In this document: positions 1 to 10,129 of the stretch, piece by piece
Layout of the letters: the number at the start of each line of letters is the position of its first letter
Numbering within the stretch: the stretch's first letter is position 1
Assembly (NCBI GenBank): GCA_963663165.1
Contig: OY760175.1
Coordinates: forward strand, 6,400,001-6,464,000
DNA: 64,000 nucleotides
From: an uncultured Desulfospira sp.
Lineage (GTDB): Bacteria > Desulfobacterota > Desulfobacteria > Desulfobacterales > Desulfobacteraceae
Direction: 5' to 3'
Program-made: the position numbers and the translations under genes
Notes under the pieces: model-generated
What the model was told of the DNA's origin: nothing
The model's database searches: none
Seen by the model: the letters and a program-made list of their open reading frames with translations, nothing else

Positions 1-2
1 TC

Positions 3-101
3 CGGGTATCCGCGTTCCCGGACAAGGCCTCGGCCGAAGCCTTTGGGAAACAATTAAAAGACCGGAAAATGATCGAAGAATTTTTTGTCTGCAACCGGTA
101 G
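3..101 (+). CDS. 3' end of a gene entering the window, possibly a SPOR-domain protein
   Basis: Frame 3 reads RVSAFPDKASAEAFGKQLKDRKMIEEFFVCNR-stop, resembling a SPOR-domain C-terminus; partial only. Confidence 0.4.
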   Translation, partial: RVSAFPDKASAEAFGKQLKDRKMIEEFFVCNR

Positions 102-723
102 GCTGGCGGCTGCGGCCCTCTATTAAGTGAATCATTTTTTTTGGCTGGAATCAGGGTGCTTTCGGCCCATTTGATTTATGCAGCCAATGGTTGCAGTTTA
201 TCATTACGCTGGATTTTCTGTGATTCAGCCAGGCTAAATTTCAAATGTCACAGTACTTGTCCTATCAGTGTCACAGCTCAGTGTCGTCGTCTGTCATGGC
301 TTGATAGAGCATAATGGCATGCCGGGGCTGTAGGTACGGTTCACCCCATGCCCCTCGGTTTGTTCAGCCAAATTTCATATGTCAGGCACCCAATAACGAA
401 AAAAGTCAACACCACTTCAATGAAGATTTGGGGGGGGCATAAATAGACAAAGCTGTCGCCCATCACCCAGGTCAAAAACTCGCAAAGAGAAGTGATTTCG
501 GGGCGTTCAATATTAATAATAGTCCGGGGTTTAAAACCAGCATTGGGGGTATGTTGCTTGTAACAAAGTCCTCAGTGAAATATTAAAGATGCTGGTGTTA
601 TTCAAAACCGATATCTTTTCCCCTGATCATGGCCTGTCAGTTGAAAAATATTTTTCATGTTTTAAAAGATCTGACTGGGGGCTCTTTCAAAGTGAACCTC
701 AATTTTTATCAAAGGAGAGCATC

Positions 724-1714
724 ATGAAAACATCAAATGCCATTGACACTTTTCTGAATTATCAAAAAATGAATTCAAAAAAAACACCATAAGAAATTAT
801 GGCTTTTTTCTGACACGATTTAAAAAGGAATATGGCTTTTTTGAAATATCAAAAATCACATCTGAACAGGTTATGATTTTTTTGACCAAGGATGCTGATG
901 GTCAAAAGCAATCAACGAAGAAACTCAAATTTTCAATGCTCAGGTCATTTTTCAATTTTGTCAAAGATTCATGTAACTATTCAGCTAATGCTGAAAACTA
1001 AGCAAAATCAGGGTCCGTAACTGTTCATCAGTGCTTCATATTTGTTTAGTCAGGACTTCGTAGCATACTTTTGCTATGTGAGAAGGCCTGAATGAGCGAA
1101 GATGGGGCACTGCTGAACAGTTACAGATTCATTTGATTCAACATTCTCAAATCCATGTGATACTCCAATATTGAGGAAAACATTTAAAACAGCCAAAGGG
1201 AGGTCGTGGACAATTCTAGGGATGTTGTGGACGAAATTATCTTTAAGACAAATAATTCCAGAAACCGATTGATGCTCGAGCTGATGGCAAGAGGTGGGAT
1301 GAGAGTTGGAGAGGTTTTGAAATTAAAAGCCAAGAATGTGCACGGCAGGAAGTTGCTTTAACTGATCCGAAAAGCGGAAATCAGACCGAGATTGTTTTTA
1401 TCTCTAAAAAAGTAGCGGATCGTTTACGGGAATATATCACCACCGGCAAGATAGGAGATGACCATAACGTGTTTCCATTTGGATACACCAGAGCACGTGA
1501 AATCGTTCAAAATGATGGAAAAATGATAAATGTGAATTTGAATCCCCACGATCTTAGACGACATGCTGCCACTTATGCAAGCAGATCAGGGGTGCCCATT
1601 GAAATCGTTTCGAAGATAATCCTCCGCCATGCGAATCTGTCAACGACCCAGCGGTATCTTGGAAAAGTCAGTGACACAGAGGCTATGAACTGGATCGATA
1701 ATCTTTACAGATAA
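724..1714 (+). pseudogene. Tyrosine recombinase/integrase pseudogene (frameshifts plus MITE insertion)
   Basis: RBS AGGAGAG then MKTSNAIDTFLNY. Fragments in different frames give ARGGMRVGEV (catalytic Arg box), PHDLRRHAAT (HxxR) and ILRHANLSTTQRY (H...Y). Frameshift at the A-run ~777-784 and others; 152-bp insertion at 973-1124. Confidence 0.9.
973..1124. mobile_element. 152-bp MITE-like insertion with 13-bp terminal inverted repeats and 8-bp target duplication
   Basis: Ends GTAACTATTCAGC / GCTGAACAGTTAC; flanking direct repeat AGATTCAT at 965-972 and 1125-1132; removing it rejoins integrase FVKDS-FDSTFSNPC. Confidence 0.85.
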
Positions 1715-1841
1715 AATTTTTGGGGGCTGGTAAACTCCGGTCCCCGATTAACTTCGGCCAGGTCTTTAAAAAGAGATCCAATGCTGGCTAACGTTGTGAG
1801 ACGCCGTGAGGGGAAACATTTTCTTTAAAATCTGAAAATCG

Positions 1842-2654
1842 TCATTGAGCCCAGCCTCTATTTGTCGGGTCGGGCATCCGTTGAACTTGGACATTTATAC
1901 TTAACAGGTCCACTGGATCTCCGAATTGTGTGTAGATGGCAACATCGGCCGCATCTCGGCCATAAGCGATTGCAATCCGTCCTCCTTTCAGATCGGGCCG
2001 CGTCGGATCAAATGTATACCACCGATTTCCAACATATGCCTCAAACCAGGCGTGCAAATCCATTGGCTCAAGTGCCTCAAGGTAACCGACTACCATACGG
2101 GCAGGTATCGATAACGCCCGGCTAAAAGCGATCCCCAAATGGGCCAGATCCCGACAGACGCCGTGGCCAAGCTGGGTTACCTCAGAGGCACTTAGGATCT
2201 GCTGCCCATCACCAGGGGTATATCCTATCGAACCCCTGATATAATCAACAATGGCCTGGCATTGATCGTATCCTAAGCGGCGGCCTTTCGTAATCGATGC
2301 CGCCATTCCCGTGAAGCGGTCCGATTCACAATAACGGCTGGGGTACAGAAAAGGCAGGGTGGCGTCCGGCAATTCCTGCACCTCGATGAACGGTGCGCCG
2401 GGAGCCCTGTCGGAATTTTCCGCAGTCTCGATATCAACAGAGGTACGAACTGAAAAATCACCGGCCGGTGCGACCAGTCTTTGACATAGATTGCCGAAGG
2501 AATCCGTAAACTCTGCCGCCGGCACGCTGGGTGATAAAAGATATTCTTCGCGTGTGATCCACTGCTGCCGCCCGCTACGGGGGCGAAGCATCAGCAAAAA
2601 CGGGGTTGGAGCCGATATCTGAAATTCAATTAGACAGGATGCATTTAACCGCAT
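1842..2654 (-). CDS. Transglutaminase-like superfamily protein
   Basis: [20 protein letters not shown] triad motifs; [10 protein letters not shown]. Confidence 0.9.
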   Translation of the reverse strand: MRLNASCLIEFQISAPTPFLLMLRPRSGRQQWITREEYLLSPSVPAAEFTDSFGNLCQRLVAPAGDFSVRTSVDIETAENSDRAPGAPFIEVQELPDATLPFLYPSRYCESDRFTGMAASITKGRRLGYDQCQAIVDYIRGSIGYTPGDGQQILSASEVTQLGHGVCRDLAHLGIAFSRALSIPARMVVGYLEALEPMDLHAWFEAYVGNRWYTFDPTRPDLKGGRIAIAYGRDAADVAIYTQFGDPVDLLSINVQVQRMPDPTNRGWAQ

Positions 2655-2663
2655 GATACTCCT

Positions 2664-3803
2664 TTAAATAGACAAACGATCTTTTCTCCATTTTAGAGTG
2701 GACCTCAATCCTTCCTTGGCGACCATTGCTCCTTCGATTTCGTCGAAAAGCGCAAAATTCACGGCATTTATGAGATCAATATTTCTATTCGCACTGTCCT
2801 TAAATGGATCTTGGTTTAGAACTTCCTGGTAAACAGATCGGAATTCATTCAGTCTGCGCTTTTTGAATATTTTCTGAAAAAAGCTTTTAGAGCGCTGGGA
2901 AAAACCTAATTTTTTGAGCCGTCTCATGATGTACGCAAGGGTTCTCGTTGTTGTTTTAAACCCGAATGTTTCTTCCAATACCGATTTAAGGGCCGGGGGC
3001 ACCTGCAATGGGTCGGCAAGGCCATTAATCGTTTCTTTTTCCTCCGATTCTGGTGGAATCGAAATTTTTATATTTCCTTTGGACTTTAGAGGCCTTTTCA
3101 AGCTATAGGCCTCGACGTCCCGGCACAATTGCTCAGCCTGCATGGCGGCGGCCTGCAGATAAGCGCTCAGATTATAGAAACCTGAGTGTATATGTCCTGG
3201 AAGCGTGTCTCCGATCCGACTGTAGCTGTATCTGTATTTATGGTCAATTTCCCCCCATGCCTCCTCAAGAATGGTCCTCAATTGCAGTTCAATCTGAATG
3301 TGTTTAAATGCTTGGCCTGCATCTGAATTCTCACCCAGTTTGACCTGGTAGTGAATTGAAGAGTATCCGCTATACTGGAGGCTGACATCCTTTGGGACGG
3401 CCTTGCCAGGATCTATCGGTAAAACAAATGTTCTTTTATAATCGGGTTGTTGTATGAAAGTTAATATTTTTTCTTCCACTAAATATTCAAGATACGCCTC
3501 GACGTTCACAATGTCTGAAAGGCGGAGACAAACAATCCGGATACCAATAATATCGCCAATCCTTTCCTTGAAATTTTTATGTGTGATCGGCGCCATATTG
3601 GATTCCGGACTGATATTTTCCTGGTCGATTTTTTCTATGAGCCTTGATGCGTCTTTGATCCTGTACAGAATGGTATGTATGCTCTCCTTTGGGGCGGAAG
3701 GATCGTCTTCTAGCAGCCGGACAACATACTCGGCAAGTTTTTTGTAATTCTCTTTTTCCTTGAAAAAAGAGATCAGTAAATCGTCTCTTTGTTTTTTTCT
3801 CAA
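2664..3803 (-). CDS. RelA/SpoT-domain (small alarmone synthetase-like) protein
   Basis: YRIKDASRLIEK, DIIGIRIV, GYSSIHY, ELQLRTILEEAWGEIDH synthetase motifs; no HD hydrolase domain seen. Confidence 0.85.
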   Translation of the reverse strand: MRKKQRDDLLISFFKEKENYKKLAEYVVRLLEDDPSAPKESIHTILYRIKDASRLIEKIDQENISPESNMAPITHKNFKERIGDIIGIRIVCLRLSDIVNVEAYLEYLVEEKILTFIQQPDYKRTFVLPIDPGKAVPKDVSLQYSGYSSIHYQVKLGENSDAGQAFKHIQIELQLRTILEEAWGEIDHKYRYSYSRIGDTLPGHIHSGFYNLSAYLQAAAMQAEQLCRDVEAYSLKRPLKSKGNIKISIPPESEEKETINGLADPLQVPPALKSVLEETFGFKTTTRTLAYIMRRLKKLGFSQRSKSFFQKIFKKRRLNEFRSVYQEVLNQDPFKDSANRNIDLINAVNFALFDEIEGAMVAKEGLRSTLKWRKDRLSI

Positions 3804-3895
3804 TAGTTAAATCCTTTTTGGGGCTTATCATCATGGCCTTTTTGTCTGCTGTTTTTTTCAGCGGTCCCATACGCGTTAAAACTTCCGGCCGTTAA

Positions 3896-3943
3896 CCCTG
3901 CGCATGGCCCTATACCCTGCGCATGGCCCTATACACTGCGCAT
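3896..3943. repeat. 19-bp tandem repeat (2.5 copies) overlapping the GH130 stop codon
   Basis: CCCTGCGCATGGCCCTATA x2 followed by CACTGCGCAT. Confidence 0.8.
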
Positions 3944-5407
3944 CGCATTGATCAGATGACTCACAGAAACCGTTGCGATGCCCGAATTAATATCGGACAT
4001 GGCATAGGGAATGACCAGCTCATTGCGATGGATGATTGAACCGCAGGAGTAGACGACGTTTGGAACATACCCCTCCCGCTCTTTTTCAGTGGGAGCCAAA
4101 AGCGGTTGTTCAAGCCGTGCGATGACCTTGCGCGGGTTTTCAAGATCAAGGAGCATGGCACCGATGCAGTATTGCCGCATGGGCCCGACGCCATGGGTCA
4201 GAACGAGCCAGCCTTTCTCAGTCTCCATGGGCGAACCGCAGTTGCCGATCTGGACAAATTCCCAGGGATACTCGGGCATCTGGATCATATGAGAGGTTCT
4301 CCAGAAGTGCAGGTGTTTTGAAAACATAATATGGTTGCTCTCACCATCCTGCCGGGACAGCATGGCAAACTGGCCCTTAATCTTCCGGGGGAACAGGGCC
4401 AGGCCTTTATCCTGTGCTGCTTTTCCGTTCAGCATTGTAATTTTAAAACTGATAAAATCCCTGGTTTCGATCAGCTGGGGTAAAATGGTCACCCCGTTAT
4501 ACGCCGTATAGGTTGCATAGTAGGTTGAGTCTCCATTATCATCAAAGAACTGAACAAACCGCGCATCTTCTATCCCGCGGCTCTCATTTCTGGAAACCGG
4601 AAAGATGACCCGCTCGGAGATGCGGTGATTCGAATGGAAATCCACCTCATAATTGGAGTCCGAAAGCCAGTTGATAATCTCAAAGGTCCTGTTCTGTCCG
4701 GTTTTTGAAAATTGAGGGTGTTTATGAAGCCTTCCCATTTCCCTGCCCAGTTCTTCCTTGCTGAATTCTTCGGGAAGCGCATTGAGGACATGGGTGCAGA
4801 TATCGGAATCTGCATTCATTTCCCTGAGCTTGTGCTCAAAGAGCTTTCGCTTGTATAAGGGGTTCAACTTCAGTTCCGGTGTCTCCACAAACTCACTGAC
4901 CGGGTCAAACCGGAAGGTGTTGTACCGGTTCAGCACACCGCTTCTGAAAACAATGGAAGAAATATGGCCTTCACCGGTGGCCCGCAAACTCATGACAAAC
5001 CGGAGGCTGCCTTCTTCAAGATTGTCCTGAATTGGATGCGGCACAATGGATGGATTGAAAAGCGCTGCGGATTCAATGGCATACTCCTTTGTAAAATACG
5101 CGCCGATCAATGTTCTTTCCGTGTCACTGAGCAAGGTCTCTTTTTTAATTTGGTGTTTTACCAGGTTGAAGTGCCGTTCAAAAATATGGACCAGGTCGTC
5201 GTGGCGCCTGGAAAACTCTTTCATGATCTGTGTTAATAATCTGTTGCCCTCCTTCTGGGTCAGGCCGCGGATTCGCTGGATGATCGAGGCGATGCGCCTG
5301 GCATCAGCCGGGAGATGGGGTCTTGTAATGACACGGGAGGTATCCCCGACGATTTTATTGGGTTTTCTTGTGATCGTCAGGTTGCCATGGCTTTTTTTCG
5401 GCATCAA
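3929..5407 (-). CDS. Glycoside hydrolase family 130 (mannoside phosphorylase/glycosidase), long form
   Basis: ALFNPSIV, GIEDARFV, KGLALFPRKI, REGYVPNVVYSCG. Confidence 0.85.
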   Translation of the reverse strand: MMPKKSHGNLTITRKPNKIVGDTSRVITRPHLPADARRIASIIQRIRGLTQKEGNRLLTQIMKEFSRRHDDLVHIFERHFNLVKHQIKKETLLSDTERTLIGAYFTKEYAIESAALFNPSIVPHPIQDNLEEGSLRFVMSLRATGEGHISSIVFRSGVLNRYNTFRFDPVSEFVETPELKLNPLYKRKLFEHKLREMNADSDICTHVLNALPEEFSKEELGREMGRLHKHPQFSKTGQNRTFEIINWLSDSNYEVDFHSNHRISERVIFPVSRNESRGIEDARFVQFFDDNGDSTYYATYTAYNGVTILPQLIETRDFISFKITMLNGKAAQDKGLALFPRKIKGQFAMLSRQDGESNHIMFSKHLHFWRTSHMIQMPEYPWEFVQIGNCGSPMETEKGWLVLTHGVGPMRQYCIGAMLLDLENPRKVIARLEQPLLAPTEKEREGYVPNVVYSCGSIIHRNELVIPYAMSDINSGIATVSVSHLINAMRSV

Positions 5408-5431
5408 TGTCTTTCCTAATTCAGTTCAGGG

Positions 5432-6373
5432 TTACATGGGCGGACGATTCGACAGACGGCACAGGGAGACAAGATCACAAATCTTTGCCGTACCCGCGCA
5501 CATCACCGTATCTGCTCCCCCCCAGTAAATTTTCAGCATTCCGTCATCTTCAGGTACAGCACCGCAGCTAAACACCACATTGGGGACATAGCCGGTCTGT
5601 TCCCAGACCTCTTCGGGCTGCAGGATCCATTGATCAGACACCCCGGTCACCCTGGAAGGGTCTGATAAATCATGCAGCGCCGCCCCAAGCCGGTATACGG
5701 TTCCGGACATGGTTTTAAAAACACCGTGGTAGATATGAAGCCAGCCCTCATCCGTCTTAATGGGCGGTGCGCCAGGGCCGATTTTCATTTCATCCCAGTG
5801 GTAGGGTAAGGGCTTGATGACAACCTGTGAGTCCCCCCAGTAAATCAGGTCCGGGGAATAGGAAATCCAGATGGACCAGGGAGAAATTTCCGAGTGGGGA
5901 CGGTCCAGACGGACATACCGGCCATCAATTTTTTCAGGAAAGATCACCACATTGCGCAGATCGGCCTGGGTGATCAGGGCAATCCGTTCGATTTTTTCAA
6001 AATCACAGGTCCGGGCCAGGGCAATGCGAACCCCGTGGCGGGAATAGGCACTGTAGGTGAGAAGGTATGAGCCCTCAACCGGGTTGATGCGCAAATCCTC
6101 GACCCCGAAGGCTTCGTATTCGGCAAAACGTCCACTGGATGCCGGCGTTAAAAAGGGTTCCGGGCTGACTGTGAAAGTAAAGCCATCCGGGCTGTCCGCC
6201 CTTCCGATGACAGACCGTCCGTTTTTCAAATGGGACCGGAACAGCATGATATAGCGGTCTTTGTATCTGACCACCCCGGCATTGTGCACCGTTACAACGG
6301 GATAGGGCACATCCTCCCGGGTCAGTATCGGGTTTTTGGGGTAACGCGTCACAATATCCTGGATTTTATCCAT
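5432..6373 (-). CDS. Glycoside hydrolase family 130 protein
   Basis: RYPKNPIL, VHNAGVV, GVEDLRI, RNVVIFPEKI, KIGPGAPPIKT, GYVPNVVFSCG; start moved to MDKIQ to avoid overlap. Confidence 0.9.
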   Translation of the reverse strand: MDKIQDIVTRYPKNPILTREDVPYPVVTVHNAGVVRYKDRYIMLFRSHLKNGRSVIGRADSPDGFTFTVSPEPFLTPASSGRFAEYEAFGVEDLRINPVEGSYLLTYSAYSRHGVRIALARTCDFEKIERIALITQADLRNVVIFPEKIDGRYVRLDRPHSEISPWSIWISYSPDLIYWGDSQVVIKPLPYHWDEMKIGPGAPPIKTDEGWLHIYHGVFKTMSGTVYRLGAALHDLSDPSRVTGVSDQWILQPEEVWEQTGYVPNVVFSCGAVPEDDGMLKIYWGGADTVMCAGTAKICDLVSLCRLSNRPPM

Positions 6374-6383
6374 TTGAGTCCTT

Positions 6384-7736
6384 TCAGATCCTTCCGAAAT
6401 CATCGGCCAGACGTTCAATATCATCTTCGCCAAAATAGTCGCCGGTCTGAATTTCCATAAAAACCAGATTGTCCCGGCCGCTGTTTTCCATTCTGTGGAT
6501 GGCTTTTCTGGGGATATCCACAGATTGCCCGGCAGTCACCGGGACGGTTTTGCCGTCAAGGGTCCAAAGCCCTTTACCGCTGACGATATACCAGTGCTCA
6601 TCGCGGTACTGGTGGCGCTGAAGGCTTAAGCGTTTTCCCGGATAAACCACGATCTTTTTGTTCTTCACGGCATCCTCATCGGACAGTATGGTATAAAAGC
6701 CCCAGGGGCGGCGGTCTTCACGCCGGGTGCTCTCCAGGATCCGCTCATACACCCGGATATATTTTTTAACCATGCAGTCGATGGTAAAGTGGTCCATCAC
6801 TGTTCTGCGGCAGAATTCACGGTCAATATCCCTGATGCGGTCCACCGCAGAGACAGCCTCATCTGTTCCGGAAACAAGAAATCCGTTTTTATTGTCCCGG
6901 ATCAGTTCGGGCATACTGCCCCGGTTGTTTGCAATGACCGGCGTGCCGCAGGCCATGGCTTCGATAACCGAAAGACCGAATGGTTCGTTAAAATTGATGG
7001 GGTGAAGCAGGGCATGGGCCTTGCCCAAAAGGTCATTTCTCTTATCGGGTCCAACACTGCCAAGATAAACCACAGAGGCATCGTCAATGAAGGGCTGGAT
7101 ATCTTCCCTAAAATAGGTGCTGTCCTGAATAATGCCTGCCATGATCAGCCTTCTGCCGCATGCCCGGGCGATGTCAATGGCCTCTTTGGCGCCTTTATCC
7201 GGATGGATGCGGCCGAAAAAGACCAGATACCCTTCCGGGTGGGCCTGAAAATGAAACTCCTTTATATCGATGCCGTGGTGAATGGTGTCAATATAGTCAA
7301 GGCCCTTAGCCCGGTCAGCATCGCTGATGGAAACGTAAAAGGTTTTTTTATTGTATTTGCGGTACACCGGTAAAATTCCAGGCGATGAAAAACCGTGGAT
7401 GGTGGTCACCATAGGGGTCTGGGTAAGGCCTGCATAGGTTAAGGGGAGAAAATCAAAGTTATTGTGAATGATATCAAACTCTTGGGCATGGTCAAACAAT
7501 TCAGAAATGTGAAGGCATTCGCCTACTTTGGGAATGATGTCTGAATCCTCTTCATATCCCTGGGAACAGACCGCATGAAGGGTGCTGCGCGTAATGGAAT
7601 CTGCCGTGGCAAACAGCGTGACGTCATGGCCGAGCCCCACCAGGGCCTCGGTTAAGAGGGAGGCCACTTTTTCCCAGGGGCCGTAGTGCCGAGGCGGGGT
7701 GCGCCAGGCAATGGGGGAGAGCATGGCAATGCGCAT
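6384..7736 (-). CDS. GT4 glycosyltransferase fused to a C-terminal type II mannose-6-phosphate isomerase cupin
   Basis: TPPRHYGPWE, GRIHPDKG, EPFGLSVIEAMACGTPV; C-terminal RPWGFY...LSLQRHQYRDEHW...GDYFGEDDIER. Confidence 0.9.
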   Translation of the reverse strand: MRIAMLSPIAWRTPPRHYGPWEKVASLLTEALVGLGHDVTLFATADSITRSTLHAVCSQGYEEDSDIIPKVGECLHISELFDHAQEFDIIHNNFDFLPLTYAGLTQTPMVTTIHGFSSPGILPVYRKYNKKTFYVSISDADRAKGLDYIDTIHHGIDIKEFHFQAHPEGYLVFFGRIHPDKGAKEAIDIARACGRRLIMAGIIQDSTYFREDIQPFIDDASVVYLGSVGPDKRNDLLGKAHALLHPINFNEPFGLSVIEAMACGTPVIANNRGSMPELIRDNKNGFLVSGTDEAVSAVDRIRDIDREFCRRTVMDHFTIDCMVKKYIRVYERILESTRREDRRPWGFYTILSDEDAVKNKKIVVYPGKRLSLQRHQYRDEHWYIVSGKGLWTLDGKTVPVTAGQSVDIPRKAIHRMENSGRDNLVFMEIQTGDYFGEDDIERLADDFGRI

Positions 7737-7760
7737 AAAATTTCCTTTATAGTGAGCCCC

Positions 7761-7837
7761 TTGACCAACTTTTATTGACCAACTTTTATTGATCAGGTTC
7801 TATTGACCAAGTTCTATTGATCAAGTTCTATTGATCA
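7761..7837. repeat. 14-bp tandem repeat, ~5.5 copies, intergenic
   Basis: TTGACCAACTTTTA x2, TTGATCAGGTTCTA, TTGACCAAGTTCTA, TTGATCAAGTTCTA, TTGATCA. Confidence 0.9.
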
Positions 7838-10129
7838 GGGAGAAGACTGATTCAACAGTTCATCCGCATAGAGTTTCTGCAGCGTCATCAGGGACAAAAG
7901 CCAGGCAAGGGTTGATTCCGCTCCCTGGTTCTGGTTGATACCGTCCACCATCAGGCCGTCCCGGCATCCTCCGGTCTTGGGGTCATACAAGGGCATGTTC
8001 AGATCATTGTGCCCCAGAAACCAGTTAAAACAGATGACCGCACGGTCAAACCATTGCCGGTCCCGGGTAATGCGGAAGGCTGCCGCACATGCCTCAACCA
8101 TGGTTTTGGCTTCGATGGGCTGCTGGTCAAACCTGGCCCGCTTCCCTTTTTTGCCATACCAGCCGTTGCAGCCCACCGGGGCAAAATGATGATCCGACGT
8201 CTGGATGGAGAGCAGCCATAAAAGACTGTCCAGGCCCATCGTCACCATTTCCTTATCTTTCATTCGGTGACCTGAAACCAGAAGGGCATGGGAGAGTCTG
8301 GCATTGCCATAGTTCAAGGTATCCTCGACCCAGGGCCAGTCCCCGGTCTTGTTTTCACAAAACTGACTGAATATTCTTTGGGCCAGAACATCCCTGATTC
8401 TTCTGGCATCACTGTCACCGAAGAATTTGTCCAGGTAGGCATCCAGACCCACCAGGCAGAATGCAACAGCCCTTGGGGACCTGAAACTTTCGGCCGCAAT
8501 CAATGCCTTTTTAAACAGAACCGTGCTCATGGCCAGATGGCCTGGATTTTCCAGAAAAGCCACGGCCTTACCCAGACACCAGAGGGCCCGGCCATGGGAA
8601 TCCTCGGATCCGATCTCCTCAACCCATTGCCTTTCATAGGTCATGAAGTTGCGGAACCGTCCGTTTTTTTTATTGTAGGCGTATAAGAGGAATCCTAAGT
8701 AATGGCCGCTCAAGGCATCCAGGCCAAGGCCGTTGGCCGGCAGATGTTTCTGGCCCATGGCTGCGGCCAGCAGCGCTCTGGCATTGTCATCCGTGCAGTA
8801 TCCATGACGTCTGTCCGGAATGGTATAATTGGCATGCTGGAGCATGCCGGTGTCATCGGTCATGGCTTTCATGTGGTCCAGCTTGATCTCGGGCAGGTCA
8901 AAGCGGGTAATGGCTTTGATGTGTGACACATAGGAATGCCTGGGTCTGGGATGCCGGATCCGGTTGTGCCGCACCTCGCTGAAGAGGTCGAGATAATTTT
9001 GACAGACTTTTGACCATACCGCATCCCTTGTGAATGTGTATGCTTTTTTCCGGATGGCATGCCGCTGGTTATCATCGCCTAAAAGCGCGTTAATCTGTTC
9101 TGCCAGGGCATTGGGGCTGTTGAAGGGGACAAGGTGCCCCCGGCCCTCTGCCAGCATTTCCTGCGCATACCAGTACGGGGTTGAAATCACGGCTTTGCCG
9201 GTTCCCATGGCATAGGCAAGGGTTCCGGAGGTGATCTGGGCCTCTTCAAGATAGGGGGTGATGTAAATATCTGCAATGCCCAAAAATTCACACAGCTCTC
9301 TCAAGGCGACAAAATTATTCTGAAAGATGACATGGTCGCTGATATTCAGCGTGTGAACCATCTGCTGGAGCATGATCCGATAGGCATCCCCGTTATTTTT
9401 CAGGACATGGGGGTGGGTGGTGCCCAGGATGATATACACCACTTCCGGATATTTTTCGATGACAGCCGGAAGTGCCTGGAGCACGGTTTCGATTCCCTTG
9501 TTGGGCGAGAGCAGGCCAAAGGTGAGCAACACCTTTTTGCCTTCCACGTCAAATTTGTCTTTGTGAAAACTGGAATCGATAAAGGGCATGTCCGGAATAC
9601 CGTGGTGGATAAAGGCGATTTTTTCCCGGGGAATCCCATAGATCTCGTGGAGAAAACGTTCCGCCTTTCGGCTCATGACCACCAGTTTATCTGACAACTC
9701 TCCCAGCTTGACCATCACGCTGCGGTATTCGGGGGAGGGATCTTTCAACACGGTATGCAGTGTTGTCACCACCGGCATATGCAGATCTGAAAGAAGCTTG
9801 AGAACATGGCTGCCGGCAGGGCCCCCGAAGATACCGAATTCATGCTGAAGGCAGACAATATCGGTGTGGCTGATATTCAAGAACTGGGCGGCAATGCCAT
9901 AATCGGCCAATTTGTTCTGATTGATTTCAAAGCGTACTTTTTCAGGATATGCATACCCCTCTATACAGTCGTTCATGGCAACCGCCCAGCAATGGGTATT
10001 CTTTGCCCTGTCGGACAGGCCCTCAACCAGATCCCGTGTAAAGGTTGCAATGCCGCATTGCCTGGGCAGATAGTTACCGATGACGGCAACAGAATCGATC
10101 CCCTCAAAGGATTGTCCATTCGCTATCAT
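7835..10129 (-). CDS. GT4 glycosyltransferase with C-terminal alpha-helical (six-hairpin-like) domain
   Basis: YLPRQCGIATFT, FGLLSPNKGIE, QITSGTLAYAMGTG; C-terminal HGYCTDDNARAL and NQGAESTLAWL. Confidence 0.88.
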   Translation of the reverse strand: MIANGQSFEGIDSVAVIGNYLPRQCGIATFTRDLVEGLSDRAKNTHCWAVAMNDCIEGYAYPEKVRFEINQNKLADYGIAAQFLNISHTDIVCLQHEFGIFGGPAGSHVLKLLSDLHMPVVTTLHTVLKDPSPEYRSVMVKLGELSDKLVVMSRKAERFLHEIYGIPREKIAFIHHGIPDMPFIDSSFHKDKFDVEGKKVLLTFGLLSPNKGIETVLQALPAVIEKYPEVVYIILGTTHPHVLKNNGDAYRIMLQQMVHTLNISDHVIFQNNFVALRELCEFLGIADIYITPYLEEAQITSGTLAYAMGTGKAVISTPYWYAQEMLAEGRGHLVPFNSPNALAEQINALLGDDNQRHAIRKKAYTFTRDAVWSKVCQNYLDLFSEVRHNRIRHPRPRHSYVSHIKAITRFDLPEIKLDHMKAMTDDTGMLQHANYTIPDRRHGYCTDDNARALLAAAMGQKHLPANGLGLDALSGHYLGFLLYAYNKKNGRFRNFMTYERQWVEEIGSEDSHGRALWCLGKAVAFLENPGHLAMSTVLFKKALIAAESFRSPRAVAFCLVGLDAYLDKFFGDSDARRIRDVLAQRIFSQFCENKTGDWPWVEDTLNYGNARLSHALLVSGHRMKDKEMVTMGLDSLLWLLSIQTSDHHFAPVGCNGWYGKKGKRARFDQQPIEAKTMVEACAAAFRITRDRQWFDRAVICFNWFLGHNDLNMPLYDPKTGGCRDGLMVDGINQNQGAESTLAWLLSLMTLQKLYADELLNQSSP

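Noticed and set aside
102..720. Possible tRNA or ncRNA integration site at the island left end
   Set aside because: No cloverleaf, T-loop or CCA signature found
7761..7837. 14-bp array as a mini-CRISPR or FNR box cluster
   Set aside because: No spacers, and no TTGAT-N4-ATCAA inverted arrangement
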